Origin: Glaucostegus cemiculus
Lineage: Eukaryota
Assembly: GCA_976551045.1 (NCBI GenBank)
Contig: CDPCPM010000060.1
Span: forward strand, 3,472,001 to 3,536,000
DNA: 64,000 nt
Direction: 5' to 3'
A program made the translations under genes and the position numbers. Below the pieces are notes generated by a model, which ran no database searches, was not told where the DNA came from, and was given only the letters and a program-made list of their open reading frames with translations. Of the stretch, positions 51,576-64,000 are shown one piece after another (the first letter of the stretch is position 1; the number at the start of each line of letters is the position of its first letter).

Positions 51576-54500
51576 GAGTTGAGATCTACTAACTGTGCAA
51601 GTCCTATGTGATATGTGTATTGGCAGTCTAGCTGTCGTTCAAGGGTTAATATACACTAATGTGCTGGGATAGGCTTTATTCAAATCTTAAATCCTTTCTA
51701 GAGTTCGAGATACTGCAGTCAGAGGTAAGAAATGTAAAACTTACTATATTCTAATGCTGACAACTTTCGTCTTGAGAAGCACAATCAAAACCTAAAACAA
51801 TGTGATGTTAAAAATTCACACAGGTTTATGAAGTTTGCAAAATTTTAAAAATCACGTAATTGTTTTTTTTCTTTAAGGTATCAAAGTAGTCAAGAAATTG
51901 TAGGATATAATTTCTCCTATTATGTTGACGGAAGACTTTTACCCACTTGGTAAAAGTGATGGCTTTTCACCACAATAGTTTGTGGGAGTCTTATCTCCCC
52001 AGTACAAGTCCACTTACATTAGGGAGTGCAGTTCCCAGGTCTCCCTCTGTAGAAATGTCAAAATGCAGTCAATAGCTTAGGAACTGAATACCATGATGGA
52101 TTTCTGAATATGCTGCAGAAACATAATCTTGTAATTATGGTCAATTATGCATTGGATATTCATATTCCACATAGAACCTATCACAACTGGTAAAAGGAAA
52201 GGGTGGAACAATAGAGTCACAATCACTGCACTAGTAGGAAATAGTAACTTTTCTGAGTATACCCTTGGTCTGGGGATAGCTCTTGGCTGCAAAGGCTTCT
52301 GTTAATGCTCCTTAAAGTTTCAAAGTGTGGAGTTTCCTTTCAATCGCTGCAAATCATTCATCTTAAGTTCATAAAAATTGTGCAGCCTCTAAGAAAGCTA
52401 TTTGTAGAAACATCTTATTGGTTCCTTAATCCCCAAAACAATAATAATAAAAGATAATACTGAGGGAAATGTAAGGCTTATTTAAAGTTTTACTTTCAGA
52501 ATTAGCTAGACTAAATACTTATATACAAAATGTTTTTTGATTTTTAATCGTTACCTTGAGAGTTCCTAATTCTAGTCTAATTACATAAACAACAGAAACA
52601 CAAAGTGGAAATTATTAGAGTGTCTTCTATATCTTCTTTGGAAATAAGTTAGTATTTTCAATGATTTTGTACGTCTTTCATTGGTACATGGTACAATTAT
52701 TTAAACAACTTAGCACTACAAGCAGTGTTGTTTGTTCCAATCAGTTGAATACAGTGTTTTGTGCCAGCTCTCTCAGCCATTCACCTATATTTCATTGACA
52801 TCCTTGTCTATACCATATATACACTACTGGGGAGTATTTGTAGAACACTGGAAAAAATGCCAGATATTATACAATTAATTGTGATATTTTTGGTATTTTC
52901 GGAATTGTTTTGTAACTATATTTAAGAACTGCTCTGCCTAACATTTGACTCAATATCATGAAGCATCACAGATATTCAAAGGGTACGACATCTTTTGAAG
53001 CCCTCCTGCCAGTAACCATAAAACAAAGGTGCTTTCTCTTAATACAATTAATTTTCAAAATTATTTAAAAAGTACATTTATTTTGCAGTCAAAGCCAGGT
53101 TTATTTGTGAGTCTGGTGGCCAGCTGCATTGGAAAATACTGTCACAGTGCGAGAGGAATGATAAGCTAGTGTTATCATCAAGGACGGTTTGTGACTTGCA
53201 AGTCGGAGTCGAAAAACCACAACTTTAGTTTGGCAGAAATAGGATATCCATTTTGATATGGAGAGACACTTGGTGCTGTTAGCGAACTGTAAAGGCAGAC
53301 AGCAGTAAGACCATAATGCTAACTAATTATATACAAGTAGTTGTTGAATGTAATGCTATATGTAGGGACAATTCACAAGTCAAAACATCCCATCACATCT
53401 GAGCTGTAGGCACAGAGTTGTTTTCGGCTGCTGAAACCGAGTGACAGAATTGCCTATGTTTAAATGCATGTCATTAAAAAATTACCATGTTTGCGGGCTG
53501 TACGATAAAATAACCTTTCCAGATTTCATAGTGAGTCCGTAGTCCTTTCATCGTATTCAACTAGTTGTCACCAGCGTCAACATTTCATTCCATTGTCTAG
53601 TTCTCTTATATAGAGAAACATATCCTGATCAAGCAGTGATATGTTTGTAGCCTGTTTTATTAAGTACACGGACTGATTGTTTTGCCTAAGAATCATTCTG
53701 TCAATGAATAACCCTTGTATAAATATGGCAAATCGCTGCCAAGACTCAGGCAAACAATAAAAAAAGAAATGTGAGTAATAGAGAAAGAGGAACAGAGGTT
53801 AAAAGAAAGCATTGAGAAATAGTGAGGAGAAATATAGCCATAAAGATGACATGAAGAGAAGCCTAATAGAATATTTACATAAATTAGAAAAAAAAAGTAG
53901 TTAATTGGAGCAACTTCCAATCTTCACACTTTAAAAAAAACATCAATTTAAAAAAAAAGTTTTTTGTGACTGATCTATAATTTGAGAATATTTGTGTATA
54001 AGCAATGATCACTGAGAGTATTGTTAGAGAACTGACTGGGTGGATCATAATTATATAAGGGTGATGAACTGACTTACACAGATGTGAGGAGAGGATTGCT
54101 GAGTTAGTGACAATATCACTGAATTATAATTCATCTTACACTCTCTGTAAGATATCTCGACCAATGCACCCTGATAATATATCCAGTGACTCCCATTTAC
54201 CTCACCAATCTGATGCTTTGTGAATTCAACATACACACCCAACTGCTCCATTATACGGAACTGAAGGGCTTTAGATCAACAAAATTCACAGTACCAAAGG
54301 AGGCTGTTTGACCCAATGAGTCTGTGATGATTTCTTTTACAAGCAATCCGAATCTCATTGAATTATCTTAATCTCACTTGTACTTGCTTTCTCCATTTAC
54401 ATTAACAGATTGATGAAAAGATCAGGGCAACAGTCCTTCCTGGTCATCAGATCTTTTCAAGAATATTCCTGGTACTTCAGTCAGAGTAGCGGATCAAAAA

Positions 54501-55857
54501 TAAATGCAGTCTACTTAGCTGTCATAGTTGATTAGAGTTATTCATTTCACAATGGAACCTAACTTTATGCAGAAGGATCCTGAAACTATTTTTAAAAGAA
54601 AGTATGTGGTATCTTGACTTCTTCAGTTTTGATTATGGTTCAGACTTGCAGTTTAGTGGCAGCTGAGGCTGTCTGTATGCTTTTTCAGGATAAGTAAATT
54701 TCAAGCTTTGCTTAATAGAGTTTTGGAAAGTCCACTTGAGTTGTAAATTTCTCCTTCCATTTCCTTAGCCACTTTTGTTTCGTGCAAAGCGTTTCATCTC
54801 ATGAGTAGTTCACCAGCAAAACTGCTCTTGCAAAGTAATGAAATGCCAATTTCAGTGGGTGCTGGGATTCAAATGAAAGCTGATTGAGAGATCAGCACCT
54901 GACAACACGTTCCATATAAATATGGTTTCTGATGGTTTTTAAACTTTGTTTTACCCAATTTTTCTAAAAATACTGACTCAATCTGACACACTGCCATCTA
55001 ATATGTCACCCAGTTGGTGGACGCTACACCAAACCAAATGTTCTCTTGAAATCCACCTATTCATTAAGAGTCACTGACAGATAATCAGGATAGGGCATAG
55101 ACTGAAGGTGGAAAGTAGATCCGTAGAGCTCAGTACCATAGGGTCAATAGTTTTATCAAATAAGCCATTAGGCTTACTATGAATAGAACAGATAAAAAGT
55201 ACTGTTTGGTACTATTTCTTTGAATGTCTAATAATGATCGTAAGTAGAGCTATGCAAGCTTAATAGTCAGACTAGTGTCACCTATAAAACATGTCTTGTT
55301 TCTCAGAGGCAAATGCTCCACATACACTGACATAATTAGAAACATAATGAATGCTGGTAGATGAGCAAAGGAAACTCCTGTGCTATGGAAACCAAATTTG
55401 GACAAATTATAAAAAGATGAATGGTCAATTATTCTTATGCCTTTTCAGGAGGAATTTGACAGATCACATGAGGGCTCCATAACTTTTTTCAGTAGTTAAA
55501 ATGATCAATATTTTAAAGTTTATTTATATTACACTTGTCTTAATTAAGATCTTATCCAAAGTTTAGTACATGTGATATTTAAAATTCAGTACTGCACTAG
55601 ACTGTGAAGGAGGGAAGGACCAATACTAATTTTGTTCCTTATTATGTCAGGTCAGCTCAAAATGACTTCCAACCAATGAATAATCTTTGAAATGCAGTTG
55701 CTGTTTTGTAGACAAGTGTTTTCACCAATTTATACGTAGCAAGTAATTGGAAGACTACAATGTGAGACTGATTACATGCTTACAGCCTGTTAGGGATTGA
55801 TATATTTTGACTCAGTTGTGATAAAGGACCAGATCATGTTCTTCGTATACTCGTTAC

Positions 55858-56200
55858 AACACAGAAAGAGGCCATTTGGCTCATTCAGTCCCTGCTGGCT
55901 TCAAACACAGCTATCCCATCAGTCCTATTCTCCCCCTCCTATTTTTCCTGTAGCCCTATGACCTATTCTTTCTTGTGCCCATCAACTTAACTTTTTTTTT
56001 GATTTACCTAAGTAAGGGGTAGATTACAGTAGTCAATTACCAGCACATTTTCAACATGGGAGGAAACCAGAGCTTCTTGAGGAAACCCGCAAGGTTACAG
56101 GAAGAACATGCAAACTCCACACAGACAACCCCAAGGTCAGGTCGGTACCCAGGCCTTAGAACTGTGAGCTAGGTGCACTTACTGCTGTACCACTGTGGCC
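55858..56200 (-). mobile_element. V-SINE (HE1-like)
   Basis: Antisense V domain tgggaggaaaccagagcttcttgaggaaacccgc...aaactccacacagac, with tail gaggccatttggctcatt. Confidence 0.8.
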
Positions 56201-57484
56201 CCCCAACCCCACCCCTGCAGGATGCCTCCAGCTATGCTCATTCTTTGCAATGCTGTAACTCTCACTGTCCAAGAGCTTCACTGTCATGGCCATCTCGCAA
56301 AGCAGAGCAGTCTGCACTGGGGCTGAGCCTTAAAACATCACAAACTCCGGTCCTTCTCCTGGATGGGCCTGAGATCCTTCAGGCAGCTTATGGTGTCAAA
56401 GGCCTTCTTCACCATATCTATGGTGATCAGGGACATTTAAAAACTATTGAAATATTTTTAAAATCATTATTAAAAATAAATTAATTTGGAAACACCAAGT
56501 TATGTAAATTAATTAAAATGTTAACTTAAATTAAAATAAAGGACCAAAAACAAAATCTTAGCTTCACTTTTTTTTAATAATGGTCACTGGTATAAAGCTG
56601 AGGAGTAATGATGAGGCCATGTAAAGTGTATTCAGCCTTTTGCTTAGTACGATTTGGATCTGTCCCTGAACTCGCTGTATTCAGGGGCGCCATGGGATGT
56701 CAGCTGCTCTGGTATGATGTCTGAAACCACTGGCTAACCATCAGTGCGATTTGGCCTAGCACTGCCCTAGAGTTTGAAATCAGGATGAGAACAAAATAGG
56801 GCCCATTGAGTGAAGCTGATAAAAATAAAATGTGTATTTAAGTCTTCATAAAAATAATACTACATGTGAAATTTTTAAAATTAAATAAACTCTGTCTTTG
56901 GACTTATCTTAAATGAATTCTTGTATAAATATATTTCAATTTAATTTGATTACAGGAAACAACTTTATTGGCTGAGTGAAAATGAGGGTATGTTATTCCT
57001 AAAGAAAACACCTCAGCTCAATTTTTTTAAATTAAGTTATAATTTTTCAGCAGACTGTTTTCACAGCTGTGTTTAAGCATGTCATGCTTTAAGAACTTTA
57101 ATATTTCTTTTACATACTCTGCTGTGGTAATTTGAAAGTTACTTATAGGAGGTGAAAGGCTTTTGTTTTTGTTTCTCAATCTACCATCACTAATATCTGT
57201 CACAAATTCAAACAGGTTCCTATAAAGCGAATAATCGATTCATCACATTTTATAAGGTAATATTTGGCTATGAATTTACAGCTGTGAGAATAAAATGACA
57301 GTAATGCATTGTCTAGGGACTTGAAATGCAGCATGTCCTGTCCACCTACAGTCAAATCCTCTTAAGTGAAAACTCTTGACTTGATTCTTTCTTTCCTGTC
57401 CCTCAAACCCAACACATACTCATTCCATCTTTTCTATACCAGTAGAGTTGCTTCTTATATATTCAGACTTTATTTAAAAAATAA

Positions 57485-57640
57485 TAAGCTGGAAATGCAG
57501 TGCAGGTTGAACAGACTCTGAAAGGAAAAAATTATTTATCATTATTTTAGGAAGGGTACCAATGGAAAGGTCTCACCTAAAATAATAACCTGCCTTTCTT
57601 TCAGATCCTGATTGACCTGTTGTGCCATTTGCAGCAGTTC
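57485..57640. mobile_element. Decayed palindromic Penelope-derived element
   Basis: gctggaaatgcagtgcaggttg ... tttcagatcctgattgacctgttgtgccatttgcagc. Confidence 0.5.
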
Positions 57641-58191
57641 CTTCTTCAAAAAAAATTGTTCTCCTCACATTCCTGGGCTTTTCTTTTCCAGTATATTGAG
57701 GTCCAGAGAGCTGTTTAGTACAATAGATTGTAGATTAGGAATGAGAATACTCGTTGACAATAAAATAACTGAAATAGACTGCAGAAAACATGGGAGTGTG
57801 AATTCCTTCTTTGCTGTGGTGGATTGGAATGAAAAATGTCACATTACATATTTAAATGGGATGTAGAAACAGTATTTAAAAAACAGATGTAGTATTTTAG
57901 AAGCTGTTGTTGTTCTGGGACTTGAAATTCTTTAGAGAACTGTGTGTTATCCCTCTGAGTACTGAATGTCCTTTGCAGCTTTCCAAATTCTCACATGTTT
58001 CCTGTAAGATCCACAGAAAGAATTGTCTCTGAATCTCTAATGCTGAATATTATAACGTAGAATTGGAACAATATGTGTAATCGACCTGTCAATTCCATAA
58101 AATCTTAAAACCTAATGTCTAATGACATCCATGTGTTTGGGATAATTAGAGAATGACATTGTCGGTAAATAGATCACCACAGTGGAACTGG

Positions 58192-58305
58192 AGACACAAG
58201 GAAATGCAAATGTTGAAAAACTGAAATCAAAATTCAAATAAAGAGCAGATCAAATAACACCTGAAGGGGAAAGATGAGTTAGCATTTCGGGTCTGGTCCT
58301 TCATG
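58192..58305 (-). mobile_element. Penelope-like terminal fragment
   Basis: agacacaaggaaatgcaaatgttgaaa...gcatttcgggtctggtccttcatgag. Confidence 0.5.
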
Positions 58306-60757
58306 AGGGTCACATGGGAATAATTAACCTAGTTTCCTGCCCCATTTTGGGATCCTTTTGACCAATCTTCCACAGTAAAGATTTGGAATGTGTTACTTTT
58401 AACGTTGCATTTTCAAAGCAAATGTATTCTCACAATTTTTTTAAATAAATGGCACCTAGAACAGAGCTGGTTAATGTGCTAATGAAGATCTTTCCCCCCA
58501 AAGGCTGTGAACAATAAGCAATTCATTAACGTCTCAGTATTCAATAAACACCTTACAACCATTTTGGTAACATTACATGCAGTTAAGTTGTCCTGATTGA
58601 AATAATCTTAACTGTTGCTCTGCGTTTTCATGCCCTGTGAAATAAAGCAGCTGTTTACATCAAGCCTCCTCTTACCAAACGTCTGCCCTGTCCACCTTCT
58701 GGGAGATTGAAGAAGCACATGTGTGAAGGATATGAATGTACTCTTCAGCACACAAAGGGATACTATTGTGGCTATATCATAGAAGTAGATATTAAGTAGT
58801 CTGGATAGTTTTCCATAAAAGATGCTCTAACTATTTAAGGGAATGGCAGATGTTCCTAAACATAAAAAGACATCTAAGCCAAAACCCACATTGGTATCAG
58901 TTCTACTTACATATGCCAAGTTATCAATCATGTATTTCCAACTTTTTATTTCCTGTTATTGAAATTAGTATTGAGGATGCATTTATGTAAAATAATAAAT
59001 TATATTATATTGTAATAGATTTTGGCATGAAAGTACTTGAATGATGGTTCAGGTAATTGATAGGAGTACTCAAAGAGATGACTTATTGTTAGAGTGATAT
59101 ATCAGCATAGATAAATGAAGTTGTAAGTTTGGCTTGTCTAGTGGAAATTTCATAGTTTAAAAGTTATCCTCTCAACACATCCCCAGCACAATGGAATGTA
59201 ATCTTTACCTATGTTGTATTGTATTTTAGCTAAATTTCACAAAGTATCATAGAACAGTACTTTAGGAACAGTGATCAGAGTGCTTAAAACCTCTTGATCT
59301 GAGAACCCGGTGACCAGACAACAAACAAGATATGCACTATTAATAATAGTTACATTTTATCTTTTTATGAAGGATGCTACAATTTGCTTATAACATGATT
59401 TATTCACTGATCTAACAATTGATCAGTTGTAACAGTTTATGGAAACACTGCCCACCAAGCAGCAAACCTGTCTTGTTATCCTTCCCAGTGAGTCACACTT
59501 CTGTTATTTTTTTTTGGTATCTGTGTAGTCTTGTGTATTGCCTCAATGGTTTATATCTTACAGGCCAACATTTGTAATGTAGCATGTCATGTGTTACCTG
59601 ACCAGGTTGTAGAAATAGAGTTTCGTGAATGCAAGGCGGAGTATAATTTCCTTTCACATCTTCCAATGTACTAAAGAGTTGTTGGGTTATTGCTTTTAGC
59701 CTTCTTACTTTTGAACATTGCAAGCCATTCACAGTTGTCTGCACATCTATTGGTTGTGCTATCTCAGTTAAAATTAATATCCACCCACTACATTGTGAAA
59801 ATAAGATAAAATTTTTTTTTTTCTTTTTTGATCAAAAATTCTGAAATTCTGTGGGAGTGGCATGAATGAATTTTCTTTGCTATTTTTACAGAACTCTTAT
59901 TAAAACAGATGAAAAACCATTAAGTGCTTGACTAATGGGCAATATTGCTTAATTAAAATAGTTGAGTAAAGTGGATGACTATTAAATAAGGAAAACTACT
60001 GGTAAAGATTTTGTGTCTGCGCCTCGGTAGGAAAATCAGCTTCTTTCTTGTTTGCCATTTGCCATCCACCTTTACGCAAGCAAGTGCATGACATTGGAAT
60101 TGTCAAAGATTTGTCAGTGCATGGCAAGTAAGTTCTGTAAAATTGATTTAATTGTTTCAATTTTGAATTGACAGGAAGTATTTGTAGTTGATAATTGAGA
60201 GCTATGAAACTGAATGTAATCAACTTGCTCATTAGTTCAAGCAATATTTAATATCTAAGATAAAAGTAAATGTAGATTAGGCAAAAATTTGAAAGGCCGC
60301 AAAAAGCTTGTATCCTTTTCCTGACATCAGAGGTTTTTAAGCTGAAGAATGATCATTACCTAGTCTATTTTAATGAATGATTGTCAGAAGAAGTGTGGCT
60401 CTAAGTAACGTGCAATTTCTTTGAGTGATGTGACTATCATAGTGGAATAGCTGGCAACGTGAATGTGAGACCTGCAGCTGTGCAAAGTGCGGGGACCACG
60501 TGGGATTATTAGAAGTCCTGATCAATAGAGATTGCTGGTTGTTGAGTGATGTATTTCAATGAGTTGTGTCTGATGGTGGTGGTTCAGATGGTGGATTGTG
60601 GCATTTGAAAAAAAAATTCAATAACCTTGACTCCCCTGTGAGGCCTTAACTCTCGCTCCTTTGCAGTCTCAGTGCACCTGGGAAACACACTGATTCTCTG
60701 TTCATTTGTTTACCTCAGATCATCACTCCATTGTAGATTACTCTTCAAAAGCAAAAT

Positions 60758-62520
60758 GGGGGCTAAATTCAATAGCACTTAGAAATGGCCACAGGATTGT
60801 AATGCATGATTAATCCACATCCATTGATTGCAAAGCAGATACCACACCAATCTTGTGCTCCTTATTCATTTTAATAATTTCGATGTTCAGCCAGTGGTAT
60901 GTTGGCTCCAAAGGCCAACAGCATGAATGGCCAGCTTCAGTAAAAACAAGCCCAAATCTCCTAAGCCTAACCTGCACCCTCTAAAGAGAAGCAGCATTGA
61001 GTTTGACCAGGTTTTGGCAGAAGGTTTCCAAATGAATCTGACTTGCAAAATGGCAATAGAATGGCAGAACGTAGCAGGCTGCAGATTTAAAAGCTCTGCA
61101 GATACTGCACCAGAATCTGTGACAGAGAAGATGCAAAGTAGGAGAGATGCCCTGCATCCTCAGAGAATCAGTGTGCCCCCCAGGTATGCCCAGACTGCAA
61201 AGGACCAAGAGTCAAGGCCTCACAGGGAATGGTTTTTCAAATGCATAATCCACCATCTGCACCACAACCGTCAGACACAGCTCACCGAAAAGCCATCTCT
61301 ATTCGGGAGCACTCCCCATGGTCTTGCATTGTCTGTGCACACTCGCACATTTAGCACTGCTGCAGGTCTCACATCTATATGCCCAGCTATTCCACTATGA
61401 TAGTCTTGTCACTTAAACAGATTGTATATTACTAAGAGCTGCATTCCTTCTTAATAGCAGGACAGATGAGGCAGCAGGAGCTATCTGGAGGAGAACAGGT
61501 GCAACCAAATGTCCTATCCAGCATGGAGGACAGTATATGGGCCATTATCACAACAGTCGTTGAGTCTATCAGCTCTGGGTGAAGTGAGGTGACAGCTTCT
61601 TTGTGCCTAATCTTCACATTCCATCATACCCTCAACCTGCACCCTTGTAAGATGCTGTAAACCTGCACGTTCTAATTTCACCTGATCTTAGCCTTATGCT
61701 TGTCTTATTTCATTTCAAAGATCCATGAGCAGAAACCTAGCCAGTAATGAACACTGAAAAAGCACTTCCAAATTTGTAGCTATTAGCTCTGATATTGACA
61801 ATGTGTGTGATTTAGAAGAAAAAATATTGGTACATTGTGTATGTGATAAAACATTGAGCACATAAACTGTAGATAGGGCAAGGGGAAAAGATAATACATG
61901 TGACGGCTCTCTGCATAGCGATTCGAGTAATTTTCCCTGTGCTGATATCAGAGGAAGGCTTTGTTGGGCAAGCACTGCCAATTGTTTGTTTTTTTGGGAA
62001 GTCTGCCAGAAAGCTTGCTTTCAAAGGCTAGTGGCATGGAGCAATGCAACGCCAACATGGTCTGAAGTTTTGCAGTCAGCTTGTAGCCCACTCATTCCCA
62101 TGTGGAAATAATAACTAACTCCATTTGCACACTTGCTTCCCCAACCACAATGGTGGCTGAGGACACTAGGTTCCTTTGAACCAGATGCAGCAGCCACCCA
62201 ACATCCCGGAAGAGTGGGAATAGCTCCATGGCGCATGAGCTGCCCATGATCTCCCAGTAAGGTAGCCACTCTCTTCCCTTTCTTGCTACTCTGCCAGTGC
62301 TCACGTTTTTCCTTTCTGGCAGCTGGCCTGCACTGCTGTGGCACCTACCAAGATGGTGGAGGCACCCAGACCTTTGAAACCCAGAGATGCATGTGGTCAT
62401 CCCATAAGGCTCTCTGCATCTGCCTCCTCATCAGTCTTCCATCAGATATGCTGGAGTCATCGGTATGGCATTGCATAGGAATGTCAAGTCAGCCAAAGGC
62501 ACTTTAAAGGCAGGGACCAA
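60758..62520. mobile_element. Decayed Harbinger-like element (Myb/SANT-like ORF remnant on +, possible transposase remnant on -)
   Basis: + strand SADTAPESVTEKMQSRRDALHP resembles FSD..LE.LVE.V..RRD.L.P of Harbinger Myb-like proteins. Minus strand LLGDHG near 62250. Starts with gggggctaaattc. Confidence 0.4.
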
Positions 62521-62699
62521 GGGGATGCACAAGGGTGCTTAATTGGCTTGAAATCATGCTTTATTGCATATTAATGTGTAGATGTGTTTTGAAATCTTTT
62601 CTGTGGCAACTTTCATTTTTGTCTCATGATCCAAGTAGTCAGCAACAGAGGGATAGTCAAGCTGGGACTGTCAGTGAATAGAGTCTGGGGCTGTGATTC

Positions 62700-63373
62700 A
62701 AAAGCAGAAAATGCTGGGGATATTCAGCAGGTCAGGCAGCATTTGTGGAAAGAGAAACAGAGTTAATGGATCTTGTCAAAGGCCCTTCACCAGAACTGGG
62801 AAAGCAAGAAAACAAATTAATTTCAAGTTGCAAAAAGGGTAGCAGAGGGATGGGTAGGACAAAGGGAATATATCTGAGAGGGTGTGGCCAGTGCTGCCTT
62901 GGTGATAAGCTGTTCATGAAGCCATCTGTTTGATAGATTAATGGGAGAAGTTAGAGTGAAAGAAAACAAATAAAGGAACATGTGGAAGTTGTGAAATGTT
63001 GGTCAGAGCTATTAGTAATGACCAGCAGATCAAGTTGTATCAGCAAATAGAGAAAAACTGAATTAATATTACAGATTGATAATCTACATTTAAATCAATC
63101 AGTTCTGATACAGAGAAAGCAAATTACCTGAAACTGTTGAATATGACATTGAATCCTAATGTGCCTGAATGGAACATGAGGCCCCATTCCTCAAGCTTAC
63201 TTTGGGCCTCAGTAGAATAGTACAGGATGCCACCAACAGATAGGTCAGGGTGGGATGGAGAATTAAAGTGACAAATAGCTGGAAGCTCAGTGTCACCCTT
63301 TCAGACTGAATGTAGGAGCTCTGCAAAGTGATCACCCAAACTGAGCTCTTGGCTCTGACGTAGACAAGATCAC
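62700..63373 (-). mobile_element. Penelope-like element: GIY-YIG endonuclease C-terminus plus terminal repeat
   Basis: Minus-strand LGDHFAELL...ELPAICHFNSPSH.DLSV...EAQSKLEE...FNSFR*, with the terminal motif at 62700-62800. Confidence 0.85.
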
Positions 63374-63793
63374 AAGACGGAGGAGCAGAAGTAGCTCATT
63401 TGGCCCATTGAGTCTGCTCTGCCACTTCTTCATGAGCTAAATTATTCTCCCATCTAGCCCCAATTCCCTGCCTTTTCCCCATATCCCTTGATACCCTGAC
63501 TAATCAGATACCTATCAATCTCTTCCTTAAACACCCCCAGTGATCAGGCCTCTACAGCTGTATGTGGTAAAGAATTCCATAAATTCACGACCCTCTAGCT
63601 AAAGAAATTTCTTCTCATCTCTGTTTTAAGTGGGTACTCTCTAATTCTAAAACTGTGCCCTCTTGTCCTGGACTCACCCACCAAGGGAAACAACTTAGCC
63701 CCATCTACTCTGTCTAATCCTTTCAACATTTAGAATGTTTCTACAAGGTCCCCTCTCATTTTTCTATACTCCAGTGAATATAGTTCAAGAGCT
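63374..63793 (-). mobile_element. CR1 3' end inserted into the Penelope element, with TSD
   Basis: Typical antisense CR1 tail and 3'UTR, flanked by gacaagatcac (63363-63373) and gacaagaccac (63794-63804). Confidence 0.88.
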
Positions 63794-64000
63794 GACAAGA
63801 CCACGTTGTGAGTAATGAATATACTACACTAAGAGTGGGAAGAACTGGAAGTGAATCACTGCTTCGTCTGAAAGGTCTGCTTGGATCTCTAAATGGTTGG
63901 AAAGGATGAGGTAAAAGACCATATTTCTGTCTAGGGTAGGGCTTCTTATACTTTTCCAATGAGGCCCAATGTAAACTTGATGAACAGCACTTCATTTTCT
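63794..64000. mobile_element. Continuation of the Penelope endonuclease (- strand to ~63915), then an inverted + strand Penelope piece
   Basis: Minus strand SKQTFQ.KQ.FT.SS..VYS. Plus strand aatgaggcccaatgtaaacttgatgaacagcacttcatt (NEAQCKLDEQHFI). Confidence 0.75.

Noticed and set aside
59192-59202. miR-1/206-like 5' end TGGAATGTAA
   Set aside because: The match stops after 10 nt and no precursor hairpin is visible.
60927-61400. 157-aa ORF as a possible domesticated Myb/SANT gene
   Set aside because: Only a short stretch resembles the domain and the conserved tryptophan helices are missing. Best read as a decayed transposon.

Overview
AT-rich, CpG-poor vertebrate DNA with no complete protein-coding gene. 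The repeat families (V-SINE/HE1-like and Deu-domain SINEs, CR1 and Rex1/Babar LINE fragments, Penelope-like elements, decayed PIF/Harbinger transposons) point to a cartilaginous fish, probably a ray or sawfish (inference from recalled repeat consensus). I found no host-gene coding signal in the supplied ORFs; those I could place fall in transposon remnants, microsatellites or the gap. The window looks like the 5' intronic/regulatory region of a large + strand gene. There are three candidate alternative first exons (ending at 2366, 32981 and 38802) and a 33-nt micro-exon (24373-24405), all compatible with phase-2 splicing to a common exon downstream of the window. SoxD (sox6) is a tentative, unverified guess for the host. 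Other notable structures are a 69-bp-arm near-perfect palindrome (17327-17479), a decayed minisatellite of CRE-like and RFX-like motifs (8835-9165), hammerhead-like cores in Penelope termini, nested insertions with visible target-site duplications, and a 324-nt assembly gap inside a putative promoter. I found no convincing wholly new biological system. Repeat boundaries are by eye and approximate.
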